Assembly: GCA_963740355.1 (NCBI GenBank)
Contig: CAVUDW010000003.1
Location: forward strand, 896,001-960,000
From: an uncultured Gemmatimonadaceae bacterium
Lineage (GTDB): Bacteria > Gemmatimonadota > Gemmatimonadetes > Gemmatimonadales > Gemmatimonadaceae
Direction: 5' to 3'
Length of the DNA stretch: 64,000 nucleotides
The notes beneath the pieces were generated by a model, which was not told the origin of the DNA, searched no databases, and was given only the letters and a program-made list of their open reading frames with translations. The position numbers and the translations under genes are program-made. Of this stretch, positions 15,803-28,619 are shown piece by piece. The stretch's first letter is position 1. Every line of letters starts with the position of its first letter.

Positions 15803-17902
15803 TCAGTTCGCCCACCCCAGCGAGATCCGTAACTGCCGCGGCTCGACCGGGTGGAAATGCACATCACCAGCGCCACTGCCGGGCTCGCCTTGCAGCCGCG
15901 ACTGGTAGAAGTACTGGATATCCGACGCCCGCGAGTTGAGCACGTTGAGCAGCGTGGCCTGCAGGCGAATCCCTCGAGTCAGCCGCAGGCCGGCATCCGC
16001 ATTCAGCAGCGTGGTGGCCGCCGCACGCGCTGAGTTGTCCTCGATCAATGAGTAAGCGCCGAAGTGCCGCAGGCGCAGGGCGCCAAAGAATCCGCCGCGT
16101 GGCGGGCTCCATGTCACCCCGCCTGCAATGACACTCTCCAGCGCACCGGGAATCCGCGATTCGGCAGTGGGCACACCCGCCAGACGTGCCTTGGCGACCG
16201 ACACATCAGCGTCGATCGAGAGTGACGAGGTGGGACGGTAGAAGTTCGCGAGCGTGACGCCCGTTCGCCGACTCTCGTTGGTTGGCTCGGTTGCCCCTGC
16301 GTCACCCACAAAGAGCAATTCGCTGTCGAGCGTCAGAGTCCATGCTGAGAACGTGCTTCGCAATCCAGTCACCGGCGCCACACGCAGCCCGATTTCGGCA
16401 CCACGCGATCGCACCAGCGGATCAACCCGCGACGCCGCATCGCCCGACGCCGGATCGACCGTGATCGTGGTCCCGCGCGCATCGTTGCTGTGGAAGCCGA
16501 ATCCTCCGCTCAGATAGAACTCGGCACTCGTGCTGGGAGTGAAGATGAACGATGCTTTCGGGCTCACGATCGCTGCCGTCCTCCGACCTGCGTTCACAGC
16601 GCGATCACCATCGACGTCAAACAGGTAGCCATCCGCACGCGCCCCGAGCACACTCCGAAACCACGGCTGCCACTTCGACGCGCTCTCGATGAACAGGCCC
16701 GTGCCGATTTCCCGGACATCGTCCACCCGCACCGTCGCAAAACGCGCCTGCCGCTCCGTCCGATGCAGGCCCACGTCCACGAAATCCGCGCGTGTCTGCA
16801 CTCCCGCCTTTACCAGGTGCGACACGCCGCGAACCACGAACTCCTGCAGGTGTGTCGCCGAGCCGCCTAACACCGTGCGACGGTCCACCTGCTCGAACTG
16901 ATCGCCGCGCTGCGGATCGTCGAGGAAATAGGTGAAGTTGGAGAAGAGATCGAGCGTCGATCGGATGCCGAACGCCTGATACTCCTGCACCGAACGGCTT
17001 CCCACACGCCGGTAGGTCGCGGAGAGGCTGTACCGCTCCGTGTTACCGCCAAGGGTGCTGTCCACCTGTCCGAGACGGCTGATCGCACCATCACTGACAG
17101 CGCGCAACGGAATCTGGTCGCTCGAGTTCCATCGATTGTTGTAGCCAAGTGCGAGGATCGAGAGTTGCGATGCGCCCCGATCCACCGTGTATCGCGCCAT
17201 GCCGCTGAACTTCCGGAGCGCTTCTGGGCGAAGCCACGGGCCGTCGTACGCTTTCGCTTCGCCACCGAACAGCAGGTCGCCAGTGCCAACTTTGGTGGAG
17301 GCACCGAGCACCGCTCGACCGAGGCCATTCGCACCGAATTCGGTGGACGCAATCGGCTGGTCGAACCGTTTCGCAAGAAAGAACTCCGCGCCGCCAGCGC
17401 TGCCGAAGTCGCCCAGTTCGGCGTGCGACACGCCCAGCTTGTAGTCGAGCGCGCGCACGAACTCCGGAATGAGGAAATTCAGGTCGGTGTAGCCCTGGCC
17501 ATGCGCGTGTGTGGGCTGGTTGACCGGCATGCCGTCAACCTTGGTCTGGAAGTCCGTGCCGTGATCGAGGTTGAAACCGCGCACGAAATACTGGTTCGCC
17601 TTGCCTTCACCGGAATGCTGCGTGACGATCACGCCCGGCACCGTCTCCAGCAGCTCACCTTCGCGGGAGAGGGGTCGCGCCTTCAGCTCGATCGAACCGA
17701 CATGTCCTTCGGAGGCGCTGCGAGCCGTGCCGATCAGGTTCGCGATCCGGCCGGAGACGCGCACCGTGTCGAGCCGCGAGCCCCCGCTGTCGGGTTGCGT
17801 GCGCCGGGCTGGCGTCTGCGCCAGCAGGAACGGTGGGAGCAACGCCAGTGCCGCAAGCGCGGAGAGCGCTGGGAATCGGGCGGAATGGAGAGCGTTCGAC
17901 AT
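15803..17902 (-). CDS. TonB-dependent receptor
   Basis: Signal peptide; plug motif LLETVPG..QHSGEGKANQYFVRGFNLDHGTDF; beta-barrel C-terminus NVLNS...HPVEPR. Confidence 0.92.
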   Translation of the reverse strand: MSNALHSARFPALSALAALALLPPFLLAQTPARRTQPDSGGSRLDTVRVSGRIANLIGTARSASEGHVGSIELKARPLSREGELLETVPGVIVTQHSGEGKANQYFVRGFNLDHGTDFQTKVDGMPVNQPTHAHGQGYTDLNFLIPEFVRALDYKLGVSHAELGDFGSAGGAEFFLAKRFDQPIASTEFGANGLGRAVLGASTKVGTGDLLFGGEAKAYDGPWLRPEALRKFSGMARYTVDRGASQLSILALGYNNRWNSSDQIPLRAVSDGAISRLGQVDSTLGGNTERYSLSATYRRVGSRSVQEYQAFGIRSTLDLFSNFTYFLDDPQRGDQFEQVDRRTVLGGSATHLQEFVVRGVSHLVKAGVQTRADFVDVGLHRTERQARFATVRVDDVREIGTGLFIESASKWQPWFRSVLGARADGYLFDVDGDRAVNAGRRTAAIVSPKASFIFTPSTSAEFYLSGGFGFHSNDARGTTITVDPASGDAASRVDPLVRSRGAEIGLRVAPVTGLRSTFSAWTLTLDSELLFVGDAGATEPTNESRRTGVTLANFYRPTSSLSIDADVSVAKARLAGVPTAESRIPGALESVIAGGVTWSPPRGGFFGALRLRHFGAYSLIEDNSARAAATTLLNADAGLRLTRGIRLQATLLNVLNSRASDIQYFYQSRLQGEPGSGAGDVHFHPVEPRQLRISLGWAN

Positions 17903-18062
17903 GCAACGGCACCGGCGCAGGGAGGCAGTAGCGGACCGCCAGCTACGCTCGTGGGGTGCCAAATGGATTGATAACCGCGACTTTTCACCGGCAGGCGGAA
18001 CGGTTTCCGGCCTATCTGGCTAACTGTCCCGCCACGCCCCGATTTCCTCCCTGCGCCGCGCC

Positions 18063-20342
18063 ATGCTCGTCGTCCGCACGAATTCCGTATCTCAACTCCG
18101 AATCCGCCTCCGTCGTTTCGTCGGGTTTGCCAGCGCGATGTGTCTCGGGCTCGCGGGCCGTGCAGCGATGGCCGACGCGCAGCAGCCACCGCGGGACCTG
18201 AGTCCGCACAGCGACGCGATCCTGGTGTCAGACGTCGCGTCGGTGCAGCCTGGTGCGAAGGTCAGCATCGCGGTGCGATTGACGCTCGATCCAGGGTGGC
18301 ATACCTACTGGATCAACCCGGGCGACGCCGGCCTGCCGTTGAAGGTGAAGTGGACGCTACCCGCCGGCGTCACCGCGGGGCCACTCGAGTTTCCGACGCC
18401 GCGTCTGACGCCACAGGCGCCGCTGATGAGTTACGGCTACGAAAATGAAGTGTTCGTGCTCACCGAGTTGCAGGTGCCTGCATCTGCGGCCATCGGCAGC
18501 ACGCTGACGATCAGCGGCAAGGGCGACTGGCTTGCCTGCGCCGATATCTGCCTTCCGGCCACGGGCACCTTCACGCTCGACGTTCCGATCGCAGCGGCCG
18601 CTGGACCTGCGACCAAGTGGACCGACGCGATCGCCACCACGCGCCGTTCCATTCCTGCCGTTGCCAGCAACTGGCAGGCAAAGAGCTGGACGACACCGAC
18701 CGGCTACGTCCTTGCCGTCATCGGCAACGCGGACCTGCCGTCAATCGTCGAGCCCTACTTCTTCGTCGACTCAGCCAACGTCATCGAGCACGCCAACGCA
18801 CAAACCTTTGCGCGTGCCGGCGATACGCTCGTCTTCGGCCTCCCGCGTGGCGCGCAGTCGGTTGGCTCGGCAGCGTGGCTACGCGGCATCGTGACGGGTG
18901 ATGTGCAGGCGAGGACAACACGTGGTTGGGTGATTTCGGCACCGGTAAGCACTGACGTACCGAAGGCGTTGCGCACACGTGCCATGGCGCTTCTGGCCGA
19001 TACATCCGCGCGACAGGTTGGCGGCGTCACGAGTTCGCCTGCCATCACGGACGCATCAGCGATTCCCGACCCCAGCGCCGACATGACCTTCGTCGCCGCC
19101 ATCGCGTTCGCGTTCATCGGTGGCTTGCTGCTCAACCTCATGCCCTGCGTCTTCCCTGTCTTGTCGGTGAAGGTGCTGGCGTTGCTCGAACATGGAGGAA
19201 CCCGCGACGCCGCCCGCGGCCGCAAGCATGGTCTTGCGTTCGGCGCTGGTGTGCTGCTCTCGTTCTGGCTGCTCGCCGGTCTGCTGATGGCATTGCGCGC
19301 CGGCGGCGAAAGTCTCGGCTGGGGGTTTCAGTTGCAGTCACCACCGGTTGTGGCCACCCTCGCTCTCCTGATGTTCGCCCTTGGCCTGAATCTCAGCGGC
19401 GTGTTCGAGATTGGACTCACGCTGACACGACTGGGCGGTGCCGGCGCCGGTGGTGGCTATAGCGACTCGCTGCTGACCGGTGTGCTCGCTGTGCTCGTGG
19501 CCGCCCCCTGCACCGCGCCGTTCATGGGCGCAGCCCTCGGCTTTGCACTGGTGCAGCCTGCCGTGGTCGGCCTCCTGGTCTTCACGGCGCTCGGACTCGG
19601 CCTCGCCCTGCCATTCGTCGTGCTCGCGTCAATGCCGCAGCTGCTGCGCTTTCTCCCACGCCCCGGCCCGTGGCTCGAGACGCTGAAACAGTTCTTCGCC
19701 TTCCCGCTATACGCGACGGTCGTCTGGTTGCTCTGGGTCTTTGGGCAGCAGACCGGTATTGATGCGCTCGCGATCGTCCTGCTGGCGATGATACTGCTGG
19801 CGCTCGGCGCCTGGCTCTGGGGTCGCGGTGTGCGATCGGATCGGCGCGGCACACGCGTCGTCGCAGCGGCTGTGATGCTCGGCGCTGTTGCGATCAGCAT
19901 CGTCAGCAGCAGTCGGGCAGAAGCAGTGAGCAGTGACGCATCCACACGGACGATTGCGGCTGGCGTTGGCGGATGGGAACCCTATTCGCCACAGCGTGTC
20001 AGCGAACTTCGCGCGGAAGGGCGACCGATCTTCGTTGATTTCACAGCGGCGTGGTGTCTCTCGTGCCAGGTGAATGAACGCGTCGCGCTCCGCACCGACG
20101 CCGTCGGCGATGCGTTCACCCGCGCCAACGTGGCACTGCTGCGCGCCGACTGGACCTCGCGCGATTCCGTGATCACCAACGTACTGGCCAGCTTCGGCCG
20201 CAGTGGCGTCCCGCTCTATGTGCTCTATCCCGCTGGCACAGGCGGAAAGGCGACGATCCTGCCCGCCGTGCTGACACCGGGCATGGTCGTGGACGCCGTG
20301 CGAAAGGCGGCGCCCACGACCGTCGTTTCAGGCGTCCGCTGA
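18063..20342 (+). CDS. dsbD: Thiol:disulfide interchange protein, DsbD family
   Basis: GWHTYWINPGDAG, C-x3-C, LLNLMPCVFPVL, APCTAPFMG, DFTAAWCLSCQVNE. Confidence 0.92.
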   Translation: MLVVRTNSVSQLRIRLRRFVGFASAMCLGLAGRAAMADAQQPPRDLSPHSDAILVSDVASVQPGAKVSIAVRLTLDPGWHTYWINPGDAGLPLKVKWTLPAGVTAGPLEFPTPRLTPQAPLMSYGYENEVFVLTELQVPASAAIGSTLTISGKGDWLACADICLPATGTFTLDVPIAAAAGPATKWTDAIATTRRSIPAVASNWQAKSWTTPTGYVLAVIGNADLPSIVEPYFFVDSANVIEHANAQTFARAGDTLVFGLPRGAQSVGSAAWLRGIVTGDVQARTTRGWVISAPVSTDVPKALRTRAMALLADTSARQVGGVTSSPAITDASAIPDPSADMTFVAAIAFAFIGGLLLNLMPCVFPVLSVKVLALLEHGGTRDAARGRKHGLAFGAGVLLSFWLLAGLLMALRAGGESLGWGFQLQSPPVVATLALLMFALGLNLSGVFEIGLTLTRLGGAGAGGGYSDSLLTGVLAVLVAAPCTAPFMGAALGFALVQPAVVGLLVFTALGLGLALPFVVLASMPQLLRFLPRPGPWLETLKQFFAFPLYATVVWLLWVFGQQTGIDALAIVLLAMILLALGAWLWGRGVRSDRRGTRVVAAAVMLGAVAISIVSSSRAEAVSSDASTRTIAAGVGGWEPYSPQRVSELRAEGRPIFVDFTAAWCLSCQVNERVALRTDAVGDAFTRANVALLRADWTSRDSVITNVLASFGRSGVPLYVLYPAGTGGKATILPAVLTPGMVVDAVRKAAPTTVVSGVR

Positions 20343-20843
20343 GGGGCCGTAGGAACCAGGCAACTTGATCTCCAACAGGCGCAGGTACACGCCCAACTGC
20401 GCGCGATGATGCACGAGATGGTTGATCGCCATCTTGCGAAGCAGGACACGTCGCAAGCCGGAGAGCGCCACCTGGCCACCCATCGTCATCTGCCAGGTGG
20501 CATTGAGCTTGTCCCAGTCGAGCGTGTCGAGTGCGGCGTGCAGCTTGGCGCACTCACCGTCGAACAGCGCGAGCACTGCGTCGGTGTCTACCAGTCGCTG
20601 CGGCACCCACGCGGCCCGGTCGAACTCGAGCGAATCGACACTGATGATTACGGTGCCCAGCGCCGGGAGTCCCGCGATGTGCGACGTCAACGTGCCTAGT
20701 GTCATCGACTTCGGATGCGGCGCCCAGTCGAACTGGTCGCCGGGCGCCAGCGAGAGGAGCGCGCGAGTAATCGCCAGTTCGTCCGCCAGCTCCGGAAACA
20801 GCAACGCGACGGGACTTTCGCTGGCGACGGCATCAACGGACAT
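20328..20843 (-). CDS. DinB family protein
   Basis: WAPHPKSMTLG..HIA, NHLVHHRAQLGVYLRLL..PGSYGPSAD; AGGAG RBS. The long upstream part of the track ORF is spurious. Confidence 0.88.
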   Translation of the reverse strand: MSVDAVASESPVALLFPELADELAITRALLSLAPGDQFDWAPHPKSMTLGTLTSHIAGLPALGTVIISVDSLEFDRAAWVPQRLVDTDAVLALFDGECAKLHAALDTLDWDKLNATWQMTMGGQVALSGLRRVLLRKMAINHLVHHRAQLGVYLRLLEIKLPGSYGPSADA

Positions 20844-20938
20844 CAGCATCTCCTGATTGCAGCGCGGGGTGGGGTGGTCTGTGATGCGGCAAACGTGGCC
20901 GCTGATCATCGCCCCCGCAAGCACGGCGCGCCGTTGTA

Positions 20939-21727
20939 TCAGCGATGTGTCCAGACGTGCAGCGTGGAGTTGTGCAGGTCGTCCACCGTGATCGTCTGTC
21001 CGGGCGGTTCTGCCTTCACCGCGAAGGTGTTGCTGATGAAGACCGTGCCCGGTCGCATCTCGCGCTGGACCTTCTCCCAGAGCGCCGCCATCGGCACCGG
21101 TGAGAGGTAGGCGAACACCACGTCGTACGACGCGAGGTCGCAGTTCCAGAGACTGCCGAAGTGCGCGTGACAATTCCGATGTCCCCCGAGCGTCACCCGC
21201 ACCCAGCTCACCAGCCACGGGAAGGGCGCGGACTCGATGCCGTGGTATTGCCCCTCGGGCCGCGCGGCCGCGAGGTCGAGCAGCACGCCGCCCACGCCGG
21301 ACCCGACGTCCATGAACGTGAACTGCCCAGTCGGAAGGAGCGGTACCAGCGCCGCGCGGACTCTTCGGCTCGACAGGTAGAGCGGGACCTGCGTTCGGAA
21401 GGTTGACCAGTAGACCGCCACCAACAACAGGAAGAGGCCAAACCAGACCCATGAGGGGAGCTGGGCCGACGCCGCGAAGACCACTGCGGGCGTGAAAAGC
21501 AGCTGCATGACCTGCCACCACGACTCGAGGCCGGCCAATCGGCTCAGGCCGGCGGCGAACAGCCCGGTCACGAGGGCGGCCACCATCGGCTTGAGCACGA
21601 GGCCGCTCGGTGCCAGCACGTAGGCCGTGCCCACAGCGAGTGCCGCTCCGGCCGTCTGCAGGACGAGCGCGATGGCTATCGGGGGCCACCGGCGTTGGCG
21701 AGCGGGAGCGAGCAGGGGGTCTGGCAT
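20939..21727 (-). CDS. Class I SAM-dependent methyltransferase with N-terminal TM segments
   Basis: QVPLYLS, FMDVGSGVGG, YDVVFAYLSP, EMRPG..FISNTF. Confidence 0.85.
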   Translation of the reverse strand: MPDPLLAPARQRRWPPIAIALVLQTAGAALAVGTAYVLAPSGLVLKPMVAALVTGLFAAGLSRLAGLESWWQVMQLLFTPAVVFAASAQLPSWVWFGLFLLLVAVYWSTFRTQVPLYLSSRRVRAALVPLLPTGQFTFMDVGSGVGGVLLDLAAARPEGQYHGIESAPFPWLVSWVRVTLGGHRNCHAHFGSLWNCDLASYDVVFAYLSPVPMAALWEKVQREMRPGTVFISNTFAVKAEPPGQTITVDDLHNSTLHVWTHR

Positions 21728-21890
21728 GGGGCAAATCAGACCTGCTCAGCCTCGAACCGCCAGCGCCGACACTTCTGCAGGTTCCGCGGACGCTTTTGCT
21801 CCCGTCCCCTATCGATCGCCTGCAACGTGGGCCCGCCCCGCCGCGTAGGAGCTGAATCGTCGATGCACGCTCCCCTCGTGTCCCAGTCCT

Positions 21891-24392
21891 GTGTCGCTGT
21901 TTCGCACCTGCCTGACCCTCGCCGCCTTCGCGCTGCCTGTGGCCGCGCGCGCCTCCGACCCGCGCGACGCCGTCAGCACCGCGCAAGCCGTGCGTATCGA
22001 ACGTGCTCCCGTGCTCGACGGTCGTGATGACGAGCCGGTCTGGCAGACCGCGCCACTGATCGAGGGATTCCGGCAGTTCGCGCCGGCGGAGGACGCACCA
22101 ACCGCGTTCAGGACGACGACACGTGTGGTCTACGACGAAAAGAACATCTACGTCTTCGTCCGGGCCTACGATCCCCATCCCGACTCGATCGTGAGCCTGT
22201 TGTCACGACGCGATGTGCGAACGAATTCCGACCAGATCAAGATCCTCTTCGACAGCTATCACGATCGCCGCACCGGCATCGAGCTGATGATCAATCCGGC
22301 CGGCGTGCAGCGCGACGCGATGATCCACTCGGACGTCGTCGAGGACATGTCGTGGGATGGTATCTGGGCCGTCGAGACGCGCATCGATTCGCTCGGCTGG
22401 ACGGCGGAGTTCCGCGTGCCATTCAGCCAGCTGCGCTTCAACAAGGCGGACGAGCACACCTTCGGGTTCGGCGTCTGGCGCGACATCGCGCGACGGAGTC
22501 AGCGTGACTCGTGGCCCGTGTATCGCGGTTCGCGGCCAACGCTGGTTTCGCAACTCGGTTCCTTGTCAGGGTTCCGGGGGATCGGCGGTGGCGCCCGCAT
22601 GGAGCTGCTGCCGTACACCGTTACCAAGAACGTCACGCGACAGACGGCCAGCGGATGGAATCATCCACAACAGATCACGGCCGGCGCGGACCTGAAAGTC
22701 GGACTGGGGTCCGCCCTCACGGTGAGTGCGACCGTGAATCCCGATTTCGGCCAGGTCGAGGCGGATCCGGCGCTGCTCAACCTCAGTGCGTTTGAAGTCC
22801 GCTTCGAGGAACGTCGTCCCTTCTTCCTCGAGGGCAACAATCTCTTTCGCTGCAGCGGGCCCTGCGAAGGGCTGTTCTACACGCGCCGGATTGGGCGCAG
22901 CCCTCAGTTGCGGAGTTCGGCCGCTGATCCGGCATTCACCACCATCCTCGGGGCGGCCAAGGTCACCGGCCGGATCGGGCGCGGTGTCTCACTCGGCATC
23001 TCCGAGGCACTCACCCGCCGCGAGGTCGGCGTGAGTGGCAACACCATCGAGCCGCAGACGAACTACCTCGTGGTGCGGCTGGTGAAGGAGATGCGCGAGG
23101 GGCGATCGCAGTTCGGCATCATGCTCACTGACATGCGCCGCAACCTCGACTCCGTCACCACGCCGCTGCTCCGCCGCGATGCGTCGGTGTTCCTCGCGCA
23201 GGGGTTCCATCGTTTCAATCGCGATCGATACGAGATCTCCGGCTACACCGGTCGCATCGGCGTCAACGGCAGCGCGCAGGCGATCGCGCTCACACAGCGC
23301 AGCAGCGTGCATCTCTGGCAACGCCCGGGCGGCGAACGCACCTACGACTCGACGCGCACCTCCATGGATGGCGGGGTCGTCGCATTCGGCATGCAGAAGA
23401 TGGCCGGTCGCGTGCGCTGGTCGAGCAACTGGCGCTACGCCGGCACCGGCATGGAAGCGAACGACCTCGGATTCGTGATCTCGATCAACGACATGAGCAT
23501 CCGGAACCAGGTGTCGCTGCAGTCGCTGCGTCCGTCGCGCTACTACCGCCGCTTCTTCGGCTATGTCTCCGACGAGACGCACTGGACCACCGGCGGCACC
23601 CAGAACGGTGCCAGCGCCACGCTCCATGCCAGCGGCGAGCTGCGCAACTTCTGGAGCACGGCGCTCACGCTGACCACGTATGACCTGGGTGGTGCGCGGT
23701 GCATCGCCTGCGCTCGCGGCGGCCCCGCGCTCCGGCAGTCAGCCGAGCGTCTGGCCTCGATCTACCTCGGCGGCGATGCCCGCAAGATCATCGTTCCCAA
23801 CATCACGCTGAGCGGCGGCAAGGGCGACGCTGGCAACTCGAGTAGTCGTGCTATTTCGATCGGCAGCGACCTGCGACTCGCCAGTCGCTACTCGATGTCG
23901 ATCGCGACTTCCTTCGAGGATCGCACCGACGACCAGCAGTGGATCGGCAACTACGGCGCGTTCCGCAGCGACACGACGCACTACACCTTCGCGCGCCTCA
24001 ACCAGAGCACGATCGCCGTGACGGCCCGCGCCAACTGGACGGCCACGCCCCATCTCTCGCTGCAGCTGTACGCGCAGCCGTTCGTGACCAGCGGCGACTT
24101 CGCGAACTGGCGCCAGCTGACGGCACCGTCGGCGAAGGAGTACGGCGCGCGGTATTCGGCCTACGGCGACGGCACGAACCCCACCGGCTTCAACTTCCGC
24201 CAGTTCAACTCGAACGCCGTCCTGCGCTGGGAATACCGCCCCGGCAGCACGCTCTTCTTCGTCTGGCAGCAGGGTCGCTCGAGCAACGACACCAACGGTG
24301 AGTTTCGCGTTGCGCGCGACTACCGCGATCTCTTCCGCGCCCATCCCGACAACACGCTGCTGATCAAGGCATCCTACTGGTTCAACCTCTAA
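21891..24392 (+). CDS. CBM9-like/DUF5916 outer-membrane protein
   Basis: Signal peptide; APVLDG, WTAEFRVPFSQLRF, TVNPDFGQVEAD, EERRPFFLEG, FYTRRIG; C-terminal YWFNL. Confidence 0.85.
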   Translation: MSLFRTCLTLAAFALPVAARASDPRDAVSTAQAVRIERAPVLDGRDDEPVWQTAPLIEGFRQFAPAEDAPTAFRTTTRVVYDEKNIYVFVRAYDPHPDSIVSLLSRRDVRTNSDQIKILFDSYHDRRTGIELMINPAGVQRDAMIHSDVVEDMSWDGIWAVETRIDSLGWTAEFRVPFSQLRFNKADEHTFGFGVWRDIARRSQRDSWPVYRGSRPTLVSQLGSLSGFRGIGGGARMELLPYTVTKNVTRQTASGWNHPQQITAGADLKVGLGSALTVSATVNPDFGQVEADPALLNLSAFEVRFEERRPFFLEGNNLFRCSGPCEGLFYTRRIGRSPQLRSSAADPAFTTILGAAKVTGRIGRGVSLGISEALTRREVGVSGNTIEPQTNYLVVRLVKEMREGRSQFGIMLTDMRRNLDSVTTPLLRRDASVFLAQGFHRFNRDRYEISGYTGRIGVNGSAQAIALTQRSSVHLWQRPGGERTYDSTRTSMDGGVVAFGMQKMAGRVRWSSNWRYAGTGMEANDLGFVISINDMSIRNQVSLQSLRPSRYYRRFFGYVSDETHWTTGGTQNGASATLHASGELRNFWSTALTLTTYDLGGARCIACARGGPALRQSAERLASIYLGGDARKIIVPNITLSGGKGDAGNSSSRAISIGSDLRLASRYSMSIATSFEDRTDDQQWIGNYGAFRSDTTHYTFARLNQSTIAVTARANWTATPHLSLQLYAQPFVTSGDFANWRQLTAPSAKEYGARYSAYGDGTNPTGFNFRQFNSNAVLRWEYRPGSTLFFVWQQGRSSNDTNGEFRVARDYRDLFRAHPDNTLLIKASYWFNL

Positions 24393-24393
24393 G

Positions 24394-24440
24394 CACAGCG
24401 AAACGCAGAGCCGCAGGGACACCTCTGCGATTCGCTGTTC
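24394..24440. repeat. Short degenerate family-B inverted repeat between convergent genes
   Basis: ACAGCGAAACGCAGAGCCGCAG...CTCTGCGATTCGCTGT. Confidence 0.4.
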
Positions 24441-24452
24441 GCGATGCTGGAC

Positions 24453-25538
<1,086 letters not shown>

Positions 25539-25680
25539 GGTCGGTTCGGATGAGGGCGGAGTCCGGTCGCGGTCAGGCCTTTCGGGTCGCGCACCGGTAT
25601 CGCTGTCCCCAAGCTGCCCTCCCCCTCGACCTCCCGCCATCGACGGTGGTTGACCTGACGACCCTCCCTGGCTATCTATC

Positions 25681-25698
25681 TATCCGGATAACCGGATA
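25681..25698. promoter_or_regulatory. Palindromic operator, probable SahR-type autoregulatory site
   Basis: TATCCGG-ATAA-CCGGATA abutting the ATG at 25698; TTGACC -35-like hexamer at 25650. Confidence 0.65.
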
Positions 25699-26633
25699 TG
25701 ACTGCACCAAAGCTCTCCATTCACGGTCGACTGACCGAGCTCGCCGACGCCACGCGCTGTCGGCTGCTGCTGGCATTGGAGGCCCACGAGTTGACGGTGG
25801 GCGAGCTCTGCACCGCCCTCGCGCTGCCACAAAGCACCGTCAGCCGGCACCTGCGTATCCTGTCGGACGAAGCCTGGGTTGAGTCGCGCGCTGAAGGGTC
25901 GACGCGGTGGTATCGCATGGCGCCGTCGCTCGATCACGAGGCGCGAGCACTCTGGTCGCTGGTGCGCGAACCGGTGCAGACCACGCTCGCCGCGCAGCAG
26001 GACCTGGCGCGCGTCGAATCGGTGCTCACCGCCCGGCGCTCTCGCAGCGAGGCCTTCATCACCTCGGCCGCCGCTGAATGGGACGCACGTGTCGCCAGCA
26101 TGTTTGGGGCACGCGCCGACCTCGGCGCCGCGCTTGCGCTGCTCGATCCGACGGTGGTCGCCGGTGATCTCGGCTGTGGCACGGGCTCGCTGTCACTCTC
26201 GTTGTCGCGACACGTCGCGCACGTCCATGCCATCGACGGCTCACCCGCGATGCTCGACGCGGCGCGTCAGCGGTTGCAGGGACAGGACAACGTCAGCATC
26301 TCGGAAGGTTCGCTGGAAGCGCTACCACTCGACGATGCCTCACTCGATGTCGCGGTCCTGATGTTGGTGCTGCACCACGTGGCGGAACCGTCACGAGTGC
26401 TGAAGGAAGCGCGGCGCGTGCTGCGTGCTGGTGGTCGATTGTTGATCGCGGACATGTGTGCCCATGAGCGCGAGGAGTATCGCGCGCAGATGGGGCATGT
26501 CTGGCTGGGCTTCGATGAACGCTCGCTTCGCGGGTGGCTGTCGAAGGCGGGGTTCCACACGATGCGCTACGTCGCGCTGCCGGTTGATCCGGCCGCCGTC
26601 GGTCCAGCGCTCTTCACGCTTGTTGCGTCCTGA
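25698..26633 (+). CDS. sahR: ArsR-family regulator fused to a SAM-binding methyltransferase domain (SahR/SamR type)
   Basis: ArsR HTH ([18 protein letters not shown]), [15 protein letters not shown]; directly upstream of ahcY. Confidence 0.85.
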   Translation: MTAPKLSIHGRLTELADATRCRLLLALEAHELTVGELCTALALPQSTVSRHLRILSDEAWVESRAEGSTRWYRMAPSLDHEARALWSLVREPVQTTLAAQQDLARVESVLTARRSRSEAFITSAAAEWDARVASMFGARADLGAALALLDPTVVAGDLGCGTGSLSLSLSRHVAHVHAIDGSPAMLDAARQRLQGQDNVSISEGSLEALPLDDASLDVAVLMLVLHHVAEPSRVLKEARRVLRAGGRLLIADMCAHEREEYRAQMGHVWLGFDERSLRGWLSKAGFHTMRYVALPVDPAAVGPALFTLVAS

Positions 26634-26655
26634 TTCCACTCTGAGGATTTCCACG

Positions 26656-28140
<1,485 letters not shown>

Positions 28141-28160
28141 CCGTCGCTGTTCATCTGACC

Positions 28161-28200
28161 ACATCGGGCCGGGCTCTCACACGAGAGTCCGGCCCGATGT
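28161..28200 (+). terminator. Long hairpin after ahcY
   Basis: ACATCGGGCCGGGCTCTC-ACAC-GAGAGTCCGGCCCGATGT. Confidence 0.6.
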
Positions 28201-28308
28201 GCAATAGTCCGCGCCAATTCCAATCGCCGCGACGTGGCAGCAACGCATGGCTGTCCTCACGCCGACGCTCGCGGCGACGCTACGCTTACGCCTGTCTGTC
28301 CACACTTC

Positions 28309-28488
28309 CTCACGCGGAGCCGCGGGGGACGCGGAGCCGCGGGGAACAGCACCGGACGCCAGAGGCGGCGGAGGGGTCGACGCCGGGTGAAAAGCAAAAA
28401 CTCTTTTGGTGTGCGCTAGACCGCGCTCTACACACCCCCAAAAAGCAGTTCTCCGCGTTCCTCCGCGGCTCACCGCGCTCTCCGCGAG
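28309..28488. repeat. Family-B inverted repeat pair (ACGCGGAGCCGCGG units)
   Basis: Left arm CTCACGCGGAGCCGCGGGGGACGCGGAGCCGCGGGGAACAGC; right arm GCAGTTCTCCGCGTTCCTCCGCGGCTCACCGCGCTCTCCGCGAG. Confidence 0.7.
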
Positions 28489-28496
28489 GCGCGCGC

Positions 28497-28597
28497 AGCG
28501 CGCCTTCGGTGTTTAGTCCGCATGACACCGACGCCGGAGCAGCGCGCCTTCGGCGATTAGTCTGCATGACACCGACGCCAGAGCAGCCGCCGTCGGT
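28497..28597 (+). repeat. 44-bp tandem repeat, about 2.3 copies
   Basis: AGCGCGCCTTCGG..TTAGTCYGCATGACACCGACGCCRGAGC at 28497 and 28541; partial copy at 28585. Confidence 0.8.
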
Positions 28598-28619
28598 TTT
28601 TCCTCCGAATGAACCGAGA

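Noticed and set aside
17903..18062. Cobalamin or metal riboswitch upstream of the TonB receptor
   Set aside because: I could not find a B12-box or other known aptamer signature in the short divergent spacer.
20844..22178. 616-aa ORF 20328..22178 as a single protein
   Set aside because: Only the last ~171 aa are DinB-like and have their own RBS; the rest overlaps the methyltransferase and DUF5916 genes in other frames.
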